Under the pieces are notes generated by a model. It was not told the origin of the DNA. It made no database searches and saw nothing but the letters and a program-made list of their open reading frames with translations. The position numbers were made by a program, and so were the translations under genes. Of a stretch of 57,663 nucleotides of DNA, positions 45,325-53,766 are shown one piece after another (position 1 is the stretch's first letter; each line of letters starts with the position of its first letter). Source of the DNA: a virus; the IMG/VR virus record IMGVR_UViG_3300045988_060146; one strand, written 5' to 3'.

Positions 45325-45536
45325 TAAAACCTCATGCCACTTGCAGAAGTTCTCTGTGGAACCTCTTTTATCTCAAATTCTTGTATGCCAGCCCAAAACC
45401 ATATCCATTTACGGCAGTGCGTACACATTACCTTGTGGTGCTTCTTATCGCTTTTATTTACCCACGTTAATAGCTTTCCGCAACGAGGGCACATTACACT
45501 TCGTTTTCCTGTTGGTACAATATTCTGATTATTCAT
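45321..45536 (-). CDS. Zinc-ribbon protein (71 aa)
   Basis: CPRCGK ... CTHCRK. Confidence 0.5.
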   Translation of the reverse strand: MNNQNIVPTGKRSVMCPRCGKLLTWVNKSDKKHHKVMCTHCRKWIWFWAGIQEFEIKEVPQRTSASGMRFY

Positions 45537-45670
45537 GTCACCCTCGATTCACTAAAAATGGCGCCCACAATCTGTGAGTGCCATTTCTAAAAGAGATTTT
45601 ACGCAATGAACGAATTACATTTTTTTCATCTTACACATTATCACATTCTAAGCGAACCGAACGAACAAAC

Positions 45671-46105
45671 TTACATTTTCTTAAAGAATCTTTCAAACTC
45701 CATTCTTACACTATCTGCTGTGGCTTTACCGCCAAGCGCATATGCTGTCTGCAACCATGATTTATTTTCCAAAAATCTAAAATTGATTATTCTTCTCATT
45801 CTACTATCATCAAGGCTTGCTATAAATTCTTCTACATCGTTTGTCTTTTCAAGCAAATCATCTTGTAAAAGCTGTAACGTAGTCATTCTTGAATAAAGTA
45901 GTGTACGCTTGCGTCCGTATTCAGGATAAGGTACACCCTCGATTTTGAAGTGCTGTGTGCCGCCCATACCGCCCGACACAGTATCAATCACGCTTTCTCC
46001 GCTTTCTATCTTTTCAAGGTCGTCTTGCAATTTAGCAATTTTCTTTCTGACCTCTTTGATTTCCTCTTGCAAATCTGAATACTGTGATAAAACTTCCTTT
46101 GTCAT
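45671..46105 (-). CDS. Sigma-70 region-4-like HTH protein (DUF1492-like)
   Basis: N-terminal coiled coil. C-terminus RMRRIINFRFLENKSWLQTAYALGGKATADSVRMEFERF. Confidence 0.45.
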   Translation of the reverse strand: MTKEVLSQYSDLQEEIKEVRKKIAKLQDDLEKIESGESVIDTVSGGMGGTQHFKIEGVPYPEYGRKRTLLYSRMTTLQLLQDDLLEKTNDVEEFIASLDDSRMRRIINFRFLENKSWLQTAYALGGKATADSVRMEFERFFKKM

Positions 46106-47874
46106 TAATAAAGTCCTCCTCTGAATGGATTGTGTACTGCTTCAACCTTTGCTATTCGCTTTTCTCTAAAAATCATATCGCACAACTGTGCTGTAGAATC
46201 CACACCATCATCATGTTTCATTTTGCCCTCATATGTGCAAGAAAGAACGTTTTGAAAATATTTTTTGTATTCCTTAGTTTGTCTTTCAAGTTTTATGAAA
46301 TGCAGTTTTCTTATATCCGGCGCATGATTTTTAATTCTGTCCATTTTTGCAGTTTTATTATCTGCCGGGTCATGGCTTGTCAATATTGGGTAGCAATCTT
46401 TCTTCCATATTTTCTCGCACTCCAAACGATAGGCAGATGTTGTTTTTGTTTCCTCAAAATGTACCTCTGCTGTTTTATTCGGGAATTTATCTAAGTGACT
46501 TTCCATTCTGCTTGTTACTTCGGGAATTGTTATATCCTTATCACCATCGTTATATACAACATCTACGATATAGTATTCCTTTTCAATCTCATAGCAAATC
46601 GGCATTGATACAAAGTCTCCACCGCCATATGCCGGGTCGTTTGCCGAAAAAATTCTATCAGGTCTTATTCCCTCAATTTCTGCCGGGTCAAAAAAGTTCA
46701 TGTTATCAATATTGAACATCTGACCTTTTCTTTCTATCGGCTCTTGCTGATATTGGGCGAACCATGAAGCCATATCGTCATTATCTTCAAATGAAGCCAT
46801 TCTGCGCTTATAATCTAATGTGGAATATCCTAATTTGTAGGGATAATCAAAATTGCTCTCATTGTTTTCATTGAGCGCCGGAATTATAACCTCCCTATGA
46901 CGTATGTTTTTATATTCAGGATTGTTTGCAAGCAATTCTAATCTTCGTCCTTGAACATCTTTTGGCGCCCATCTCGTGCCTATTCCTAGCAACTTTGCTT
47001 TGCCCGGCTTAATTCTCGGCATAAAGTTATTATCAAACTTTCCCCAAACTGTAGCTTGTCTGTCTTCGCTTAATGCTTCATCAATACCACTAAATAAATC
47101 GTCATATACTCCCAAGCCATCACAGTCACATGCTCCGTTCAGTGTTCCGTATATAGAGCGCATGGTAAATGTTGGGTATGTTTTTTTACGCAAGAAGTCT
47201 ATCGTAAGGTCTTTTCCGTCTGTGATAGCTCTTTTCTCTACAATTTTAGGGTAAATATCTTTGTATGTGTACGTTGGGTCGTTTACCATTTCTAACGTAC
47301 CATCGTAAAATCCTCCAGTTATTTTGTCGGAATATGCCGAATATAGATTTGACCTCTCAGGTCTGTTTGAGCCAAACCACAAATTACCCATTTTAACGAT
47401 TTGAGTCTTTCCGATACGTCCAGGGCAGAATACCATGCCCTCATCAAGTTTGTCATCGTACAAATCTTGAATGAGCTGTGCGACTTTGCTTAACGGATTT
47501 CTTCTTGGCAAATAAAATCTTTCCCATGGTGGACGATTTTTTTCCATGTAAATCATAAAGCTCTCAAACTTATAGTGAGCTTCCATCAGGAATAAATCAA
47601 AATAGTGATTAACTAAGTCATATGGTGTAGTCTCATGCTTGAAATGGTAATAATCCAAATCCCAAATCGTACCACCTGTTTTAGCCGTGCAGAAATCCTC
47701 TATAAGCTCTTTTGCCCTCTTAGTGAGTTGTAGTCCATACTCAATATCTTTCTCGCCATTTATGGCTACACTGCAAGCGTCTACATAGGCATTAATTACT
47801 TGCTCGTCTATTCCTTTATCCTTTATGTAGTTTTCATATCCGTTTACTGTGGAAATAAGGCTCTGACTAGCCAT
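46105..47874 (-). CDS. terL: Terminase large subunit
   Basis: 589 aa. Walker A-like CPGRIGKTQ and a C-terminal nuclease region. Lies upstream of the portal gene. Confidence 0.9.
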   Translation of the reverse strand: MASQSLISTVNGYENYIKDKGIDEQVINAYVDACSVAINGEKDIEYGLQLTKRAKELIEDFCTAKTGGTIWDLDYYHFKHETTPYDLVNHYFDLFLMEAHYKFESFMIYMEKNRPPWERFYLPRRNPLSKVAQLIQDLYDDKLDEGMVFCPGRIGKTQIVKMGNLWFGSNRPERSNLYSAYSDKITGGFYDGTLEMVNDPTYTYKDIYPKIVEKRAITDGKDLTIDFLRKKTYPTFTMRSIYGTLNGACDCDGLGVYDDLFSGIDEALSEDRQATVWGKFDNNFMPRIKPGKAKLLGIGTRWAPKDVQGRRLELLANNPEYKNIRHREVIIPALNENNESNFDYPYKLGYSTLDYKRRMASFEDNDDMASWFAQYQQEPIERKGQMFNIDNMNFFDPAEIEGIRPDRIFSANDPAYGGGDFVSMPICYEIEKEYYIVDVVYNDGDKDITIPEVTSRMESHLDKFPNKTAEVHFEETKTTSAYRLECEKIWKKDCYPILTSHDPADNKTAKMDRIKNHAPDIRKLHFIKLERQTKEYKKYFQNVLSCTYEGKMKHDDGVDSTAQLCDMIFREKRIAKVEAVHNPFRGGLY

Positions 47875-47942
47875 AAGAAAAGCACCTCCACTTTTAAAAG
47901 CAAAGGTGCTTATAGACCTCTGCCTATAACTGTTTTAGGGTA

Positions 47943-47976
47943 GCGACTACAATCAATCTGTAGCCGGTAATATTTT
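47943..47976 (-). repeat. Intergenic hairpin element, copy A
   Basis: About 80% identical to 48415..48447. Minus strand reads GGCUACA-GAUUGAU-UGUAGUC. Confidence 0.5.
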
Positions 47977-47977
47977 G

Positions 47978-48364
47978 TTAGAATGCTGGCATTGCTTCAT
48001 TGCAAGCTGGAAATAACTTCTGCAAAAGTGCATTATAATTATCAATTACATGTCTTCCCGAAACTATGTATGTTTTAATGCCATATCTTTGTGCTGTATC
48101 TCTTTCAATATAACAGCTATTCCAATCATATGCTTCATCAATTCCAATGAATACATCAGCCTGTGCCAGCTTTTTAAGGCTTTCACCTAGATACCATACA
48201 GCTTCTTTGCTGTCTTTAGGTGGGTTATCCTCAATGTAGCTGTCGATAAGCTCTAATTCCTCGCCCTCGTATATCTCAGCAATCTTTTTCATCTTCTGAA
48301 TACTTGCTTTGATTTCTTCCTCTGTTCTGCCTTTCATCGGCACACTTACAAATAATTTTTTCAT
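47978..48364 (-). CDS. DUF4406 / nucleoside 2-deoxyribosyltransferase-like protein
   Basis: MKKLFVSVPMKGRT... then ADVFIGIDEAYDWNSCYIERDTAQRYGI. Assigned by motif recall only. Confidence 0.4.
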   Translation of the reverse strand: MKKLFVSVPMKGRTEEEIKASIQKMKKIAEIYEGEELELIDSYIEDNPPKDSKEAVWYLGESLKKLAQADVFIGIDEAYDWNSCYIERDTAQRYGIKTYIVSGRHVIDNYNALLQKLFPACNEAMPAF

Positions 48365-48414
48365 TTCTTTCTGTCTCCTTTTATATTTTATCAACTTTTA
48401 TCTTTCTAAGGTCA

Positions 48415-48447
48415 GCAACTACAATTAGTCCGTAGTCGGTAAAATTT
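48415..48447 (-). repeat. Intergenic hairpin element, copy B
   Basis: Minus strand reads CGACUAC-9 nt-GUAGUUG. Same flanks as copy A (AAAAUnUUACCG...). Confidence 0.5.
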
Positions 48448-48810
48448 TTATTTGCCAATTCCTACAGTTCCTAAGTATTCAACACTGTCTTTTGAAGTAT
48501 AGACAATGACTTTATCGCTGTGAACTATATTAGGTTTTTCTGTGACTTCGATTTTGTTCTCATTCTCTACAAAAATAAATTCAACGCTTCCCTTGTAGGT
48601 TGTCAGTTGTCCATTTATGCAAACTGTAATTATCTCATAGTTGTCAGCAGGGGTACTTGAAGCTGTACTTTGGTATCTAGCATAAATCCCACTTTGTATC
48701 TCTTCTATTTCACATTCGTATTTTTCGGTTTTATTAGCCCAATTCAAAAATAATATCAGTGCAACAACAAGAACAATAATGGGAATAATGGTTTTAAAAA
48801 ATTTTTTCAT
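48448..48810 (-). CDS. N-terminally anchored small protein (120 aa)
   Basis: Start MKKFFKTIIPIIVLVVALILFL. Confidence 0.45.
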   Translation of the reverse strand: MKKFFKTIIPIIVLVVALILFLNWANKTEKYECEIEEIQSGIYARYQSTASSTPADNYEIITVCINGQLTTYKGSVEFIFVENENKIEVTEKPNIVHSDKVIVYTSKDSVEYLGTVGIGK

Positions 48811-48847
48811 AAAATCTCTTTTCTGCTGATAATCAGCTATTATTATT

Positions 48848-49030
48848 TTAGCTGTAATAAACCATTTTGTGGCACAAAGGACATTCACACTTCCAGTTAT
48901 CGCCCTCTCGTTGGTCGCCACAGTATATATATTCTTCTTCAATCGCTTCAAAAATCGTCCAACAATTCTTGCATTTAAATCTTAGTGGTTTTTTGGCTAT
49001 GTTCAAATCGCCCTTTTTAATTATTTTCAT
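48848..49030 (-). CDS. Zinc-ribbon protein (60 aa)
   Basis: CKNC ... CPLC. GAGGGGAAG RBS. Confidence 0.45.
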   Translation of the reverse strand: MKIIKKGDLNIAKKPLRFKCKNCWTIFEAIEEEYIYCGDQREGDNWKCECPLCHKMVYYS

Positions 49031-49034
49031 AATA

Positions 49035-49307
49035 TCACTTCTTCCCCTCACTATTCGCTAATGACTTTGTTTTCTCTAGGATTTTCATTGCTAATGCTCT
49101 TGAAAATTCATAATTATTTTTCGGGTATCTGCCTAGAATTGATTTTGCATACTCATTGACTGCATCGACTGAAATATCAATGCCAATAGTCATATCATGA
49201 AATTCGGATGTTTCTATAGGCTTGCCATTTCTACCACTTATTTCGTGTGATTGTGCTTCTCTAAATGCCTCACGCTCTATTGATTTAATTACTTCTGCCA
49301 TGCTCAT
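49035..49307 (-). CDS. Hypothetical protein (90 aa)
   Basis: ORF in a packed array. Confidence 0.45.
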   Translation of the reverse strand: MSMAEVIKSIEREAFREAQSHEISGRNGKPIETSEFHDMTIGIDISVDAVNEYAKSILGRYPKNNYEFSRALAMKILEKTKSLANSEGKK

Positions 49308-49518
49308 TATAATAAACCTTAAATCCTTTATCTCTGAATTTTGCTATATCCTTATCAAGCTCGTTTTTGCTCTCATACTTGTTGTTCAGCATGATTGCGA
49401 CATCATCTTTCTTTACCGCATATATGCCAAATGGTACATATTTGCTCGCTGTCGCTAACAGAATTGCAAATTGAGCTATATTCATTTCATAAACGTTGTC
49501 ACCCATGTTAACTGTCAT
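49285..49518 (-). CDS. Hypothetical protein (77 aa)
   Basis: ORF in a packed array. Confidence 0.45.
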   Translation of the reverse strand: MTVNMGDNVYEMNIAQFAILLATASKYVPFGIYAVKKDDVAIMLNNKYESKNELDKDIAKFRDKGFKVYYNEHGRSN

Positions 49519-49531
49519 TTCTCATGCCCCC

Positions 49532-49810
49532 CTAATCATTCCTAGCGGCTCTGCACACACGAGTATTGCATTTCCTTGAATATCTAATACGCATTACAGA
49601 ATCATGTACAAGGTCTGGCATATACCCTCTTTCTAAAATAGTTTTCGATATTCCTCTTGCCTGCTTGATACTATTGAGTAATGGCATGTTTAAATCTTTT
49701 CTAAAGTGCTTAAAGTACGAAAAGAACCATTCTCTTTGTGCATATTTTATATTGTGCCTTATTCTGCTATCTAATTGCAGACAATGAAGCATTTCTTTAA
49801 TTTTGAACAT
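49532..49810 (-). CDS. Hypothetical basic protein (92 aa)
   Basis: ORF in a packed array. Confidence 0.4.
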   Translation of the reverse strand: MFKIKEMLHCLQLDSRIRHNIKYAQREWFFSYFKHFRKDLNMPLLNSIKQARGISKTILERGYMPDLVHDSVMRIRYSRKCNTRVCRAARND

Positions 49811-50018
49811 TTCTCATAAACTCCTCAAAATCTCTCCTACACTTAGGACATAATTCAAAACTTTTGCTTTCTCTTTGCGTTTTTCTCTTATAAATAACTC
49901 CGCAGATACCAAGGCTGTATGATTGCTTTTCTACCTCAATATTTGCAACAGCACTATAGTTGTACTCGATTTCAACACCGCACCTGTCGCAAGTGTGCCA
50001 TTCTTTTTGATGTTTCAT
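49797..50018 (-). CDS. Zinc-ribbon protein (73 aa)
   Basis: CDRCG ... CPKC. Confidence 0.5.
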   Translation of the reverse strand: MKHQKEWHTCDRCGVEIEYNYSAVANIEVEKQSYSLGICGVIYKRKTQRESKSFELCPKCRRDFEEFMRNVQN

Positions 50019-50030
50019 AAAATCCCTCGC

Positions 50031-50231
50031 TTACAAATCAAGTTTATTCAAATAATCTGTTCCACTATTTTCAAGTGCCTTGCTAATGCCGTTAATCATA
50101 TTAGCCATTGTCTGTTCGACTCCCTTTATCTTTTCAACACTTCCACCGCATTGTAATGATAAATATCTTTTCTGCCAAGCGCTTGCATTTACAACTATAT
50201 TATTGTGGACATCTTTCTGTGTAACCATCAT
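50031..50231 (-). CDS. Hypothetical protein (66 aa)
   Basis: Start MMVTQKD after AAAGGCGGTGGA. Confidence 0.4.
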   Translation of the reverse strand: MMVTQKDVHNNIVVNASAWQKRYLSLQCGGSVEKIKGVEQTMANMINGISKALENSGTDYLNKLDL

Positions 50232-50242
50232 TCCACCGCCTT

Positions 50243-50590
50243 TTAAACCAACCCTAGCATACACAAAATATCAAGTTCCGATATTTCCTCTGCACCCTCT
50301 CTTGTGTGCATAAGGATTTCTTTAAGCCTTTCATTTTCTGCATTGCTATACTTATCTTTGCTGTACGCTTCTGAAAAACAATAATATTTACAATATCCGT
50401 AGCCTGCACCAAGCATGGTGCCGTGAACGCTCTTTCCGACAATATCGTAATATTTTGGCACTTTTAAAATATTGTGTTTTTCATCTAGGGTACATTCCCT
50501 TTGCTCTGCTTTTAACTTTGATTGAAAATATTTCAAAACACTTTGTATATCCTGTTCTGATTTTGAAATATATAAAATAGTTTCTTTCAT
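50243..50590 (-). CDS. Hypothetical protein (115 aa)
   Basis: ORF in a packed array. Confidence 0.5.
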   Translation of the reverse strand: MKETILYISKSEQDIQSVLKYFQSKLKAEQRECTLDEKHNILKVPKYYDIVGKSVHGTMLGAGYGYCKYYCFSEAYSKDKYSNAENERLKEILMHTREGAEEISELDILCMLGLV

Positions 50591-50701
50591 TCTTTCACCA
50601 ACTTTCTACCGCAGATAGGGCAAAATTTTATATCTTCGATTTCAATTCCAGACATAAAAGGGTCACTACATCCGAAAAATAAATGAAATGCATTTTCAAA
50701 T

Positions 50702-51127
50702 TCAACAATTCTCTTTGTTGTGCTTACAATACACAAGCAAATGCTCCGCAATCTGCTCTAAATCGTCAATAGAATAGATATCTCCTTTTACTACATTACA
50801 TCCAATAAATACTTTCTCAACGTTACTCGTTTTTCTTGAATATGTTGCATTTATAAGCATATTTGCTGTTTCGAGTGCGTCAAATGGTAGTTTTACAAGT
50901 CTGTCGGTTTCAAAACTGCACTTTTCTTCTAATTCGTGTTTAAGTTGTGTAATATGGTCTTTAGATTCTTTTAACTCTTTTCTTAAATCCTCAATTTCCT
51001 CGCGCTTCTTTTGCATTGCAATTTCATAATCGTCAAATGAAACATATTCTCCATTTGCATAAGCAATTCTATCTTCAAACATCACTTTTCCGTCTTTGAA
51101 TGTATATCTTTTAACTGTATATGCCAT
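50702..51127 (-). CDS. Hypothetical coiled-coil protein (141 aa)
   Basis: ORF in a packed array. Confidence 0.5.
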   Translation of the reverse strand: MAYTVKRYTFKDGKVMFEDRIAYANGEYVSFDDYEIAMQKKREEIEDLRKELKESKDHITQLKHELEEKCSFETDRLVKLPFDALETANMLINATYSRKTSNVEKVFIGCNVVKGDIYSIDDLEQIAEHLLVYCKHNKENC

Positions 51128-51129
51128 AA

Positions 51130-51399
51130 TTACACCTCAATCAAAGTAAATTTTCGTTTTTTAACAATTTTGTCTCCGTGAAGCATTCCATCTATGTCTC
51201 TGCCACACCCCATATTGATTGTGTTTACCTCACATTTGCCTAAATACACTTGATATTCTTCCCCAGCAATAGAGATAGTTCCAAGCGCATTTTCAAAGCT
51301 TGCATTAAAGTCACTGTAGTTATAAGGTGTACCACAATAAGGGCATTTATCAAGTTTTCTGTCAATCGGTGCACCACAATTCACACAACTTGCAATCAT
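51130..51399 (-). CDS. Zinc-ribbon protein (89 aa)
   Basis: CVNCGAP...CPYCG. Confidence 0.5.
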   Translation of the reverse strand: MIASCVNCGAPIDRKLDKCPYCGTPYNYSDFNASFENALGTISIAGEEYQVYLGKCEVNTINMGCGRDIDGMLHGDKIVKKRKFTLIEV

Positions 51400-51402
51400 C
51401 GG

Positions 51403-51597
51403 TTATTTCTCCTTTGCCTTAAACAAAGTGTCAGGAAATGGAATGCCTAAAAAATGCATATTTGCGTACTTCCTAAATGTTGGCACACTCATACCGGCAA
51501 TCTTCGCTGCTTCCGCCTGTGAACATCTGCCATATGCGTATTCCATCAATCCCTCTCGGAATGAATCAATATTTCGTGTCTTAACTCCTTTTGCCAT
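51403..51597 (-). CDS. Small HTH DNA-binding protein (64 aa)
   Basis: CSQAEAAKIAGMSVPTFRKY. Confidence 0.5.
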   Translation of the reverse strand: MAKGVKTRNIDSFREGLMEYAYGRCSQAEAAKIAGMSVPTFRKYANMHFLGIPFPDTLFKAKEK

Positions 51598-51611
51598 ATT
51601 TATACCTCCGT

Positions 51612-52544
51612 TTAGTACTCTATAATGCCTTGTGCCAACTGTAGCAGATAGTCGCTTTTAGCAAAATGTGTTATCGAGTAGTTAGTCTGTTTTCTATGTG
51701 TTCGTCTGAAATGCTCGTTAACCATTCTATCAAGCCCTGTAAGCCCCGTTTCGTCTGCTAGGTAAACATCTGTCCACTCAAAGTGATTATGCTCCGTATC
51801 GGTCACATTAGAAAGCGACAGGCATACATTAGTCAGTGTCTTATCAGTCAAGATTGGATGAACCTTACAAAAATAATTTTCGTACAGGCACATGTATCTG
51901 TGAAATGAGCTTTTAACTGTTCTTCTGATTGTCTCGTTTTCAATACTGTTGTCACAGATTTCAAAGAATCTATAGAGCATATCATCTTTCTTTGCTTGCA
52001 TATCCTGTCGGGTGACTCTTGCCGTCTGTTCCTGAAGAACAGATGTATGTACCTCTCCTATAGTTTCACTTATATTATCTTTTATATTATCTATATTATT
52101 ATTATGAGTATCAACTTTTTGAACACCCTCGTTCAAGTTTTTTGAACACCCATTATATTTTTTTGAACAGGTGTTCAATTTTTTTGAACTCCGTTCAGCT
52201 TTTTCTTTTTCCTTTCGGATTTGCTTTCTTAATTTTATTTTTTTCAATTCCTCATCATCGGGTTTGACTGCACTATAATTGCAAAATTTTACTCCGTTGA
52301 TAGTTTTCTCCGTCTTTTTAATGAAACCATCATCAGCTAATTTGTTAAGAAGATTAAAGGCTGTGGTTCTTGAACAATTCAGCCACTCTGCAACATAATT
52401 TAGACTTCCCTTAAATTCGCTCTCATCGTCTTGTGAAAAGCCATACACTAGTGCATAGGCAATTAATTCATTTCCTGTAAGCCCTAATTCCTTTACCATA
52501 AACCCTTGAATTGCTATAAAATTTTCATTTTTAATTTTTGCCAT
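51612..52544 (-). CDS. Winged-helix DNA-binding protein (310 aa)
   Basis: N-terminus LTGNELIAYALVYGFSQD...LNYVAEWLNCSRTTAFNLLNKLADDGFI. Confidence 0.55.
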   Translation of the reverse strand: MAKIKNENFIAIQGFMVKELGLTGNELIAYALVYGFSQDDESEFKGSLNYVAEWLNCSRTTAFNLLNKLADDGFIKKTEKTINGVKFCNYSAVKPDDEELKKIKLRKQIRKEKEKAERSSKKLNTCSKKYNGCSKNLNEGVQKVDTHNNNIDNIKDNISETIGEVHTSVLQEQTARVTRQDMQAKKDDMLYRFFEICDNSIENETIRRTVKSSFHRYMCLYENYFCKVHPILTDKTLTNVCLSLSNVTDTEHNHFEWTDVYLADETGLTGLDRMVNEHFRRTHRKQTNYSITHFAKSDYLLQLAQGIIEY

Positions 52545-52670
52545 TTTATTTACCTCCTACGAAAGATAATAAGAGCGTGCCGCCTTATTCGCTCAACTCT
52601 ACGATTAGTAATAACAACAAACAGGCAGTCGTAGTTCTGCTTTTCGGTAGCTAACCTAGTTTGTTGTAAT

Positions 52671-52750
52671 CGGATAGACAGGAATCGAACCTGTGGCTCC
52701 CTCAATTACTGCTGTTGCAGTGGTTGTTCTTCCAACTGAACTACTATCCG
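52671..52750 (-). ncRNA. tRNA-like element lacking a normal anticodon loop
   Basis: Perfect acceptor (CGGAUAG/CUAUCCG), D arm (GUUC..GAAC) and T arm (ACAGG-UUCGAUU-CCUGU). The middle 30 nt fold as ACUGC-AACA-GCAGU. Confidence 0.5.
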
Positions 52751-52961
52751 AAAAGGCAAGATACACTCCATCAAAAGGCTCATCAAAACACATTACAGAA
52801 TTTTGAAGTGTCTCACCCCATTGCTTTCAGTCGCGCGTACCTACTAGCAACTTGTTTTTGTGTGTTTTCTTTTATTTTTCCGAAACTGCTATATTGCAGG
52901 CCTCCGTCAGCATTACGCAACCGCTATTCAAGATATAACAGCTCGCACTAAACCGACATAT

Positions 52962-53110
52962 GATTGATGTGGTGTGGATTTGAACCACACATAAAGCGTG
53001 CACTCTTTACGTTGGAGGGAATCGAACCCATAGGCATAACCCAAATGTTTTTAATCCATATGCCTGTCTCCTGACCATTCGCTACTTACCCTTTTGTATA
53101 CACATCAATA
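52962..53110 (-). ncRNA. Composite tRNA-like element with two T-arm motifs
   Basis: A 9-bp terminal helix (53101..53109 pairs with 52963..52971) stacks on GUGUGG-UUCAAAU-CCACAC. There is also a variable-arm-like hairpin and an internal GGG-UUCGAUU-CCC. Confidence 0.35.
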
Positions 53111-53130
53111 GTCGGTGTCCCCCGACTAGC

Positions 53131-53216
53131 GCAGATACAAGGACTCGAACCTTGATAACGATTTTACTCGTTAGAGAGATTAGCAATCTCCTGTGATACC
53201 ATTACACCATATCTGC
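53131..53216 (-). tRNA. tRNA-Ser (anticodon GCU), type II
   Basis: Hand-folded cloverleaf: acceptor GCAGAUA/UAUCUGC, anticodon loop UUGCUAA, long variable arm AACGA..UCGUU, T arm CAAGG-UUCGAGU-CCUUG. Confidence 0.85.
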
Positions 53217-53377
53217 AAGCGAGTGTTTTTTTTACTTGGTTTCCACTCACCCAAGGATTTTTTAGTCAGCCGCAAGCGGCTCAATCCAGTTCCCTGTACT
53301 AAGTTTATCCGGAATATTAATTAGTACCTGCATTTCTCTAATAAACGCACTCGGAGTGTACTGGCAATAACGCCAAT

Positions 53378-53449
53378 CGGCAAGGTTGGGAATCGAACCC
53401 ACGACCAATCAGCTAATAGCCGACTGCTCTACCACTGAGCTACATGCCG
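53378..53449 (-). tRNA. Aberrant tRNA, anticodon loop CUAUUAG (AUU); possible pseudo-tRNA
   Basis: Good D arm and T loop. However, there is a U-U mismatch in the acceptor, a G-A mismatch in the T stem, one extra nt before the 3' acceptor strand, and A34. Confidence 0.45.
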
Positions 53450-53694
53450 TTAAACAGAACCAACCTGATAGCTCTGCTTAAGCAAAAAATACGAAAAATT
53501 TCATTAAAGGGAAGAACCCTTAATTGCAGAAATGATACTATGCAACAGTTAGTCGGCACCTTTAGACAGGGACATGCGTTATGATTTTCTGTTGTTTATT
53601 GGTAGAGTGTTGCCCAGCTGTTTACCCGACTTGTATCTCACGCAACACCTTGTAGCTGCTACCATATCTTACGCTATATTTTATTTCTGCAAGC

Positions 53695-53766
53695 TGGCTT
53701 GATAGGACTCGAACCTACAACTACTTGATTAACAGTCAAGCGTTCTACCCGTTGAACTACAAGCCA
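53695..53766 (-). tRNA. tRNA-Asn (anticodon GUU)
   Basis: Acceptor UGGCUUG/CAAGCCA, D arm GUUC..GAAC, anticodon arm CUUGA-CUGUUAA-UCAAG, T arm GUAGG-UUCGAGU-CCUAU. Confidence 0.9.
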
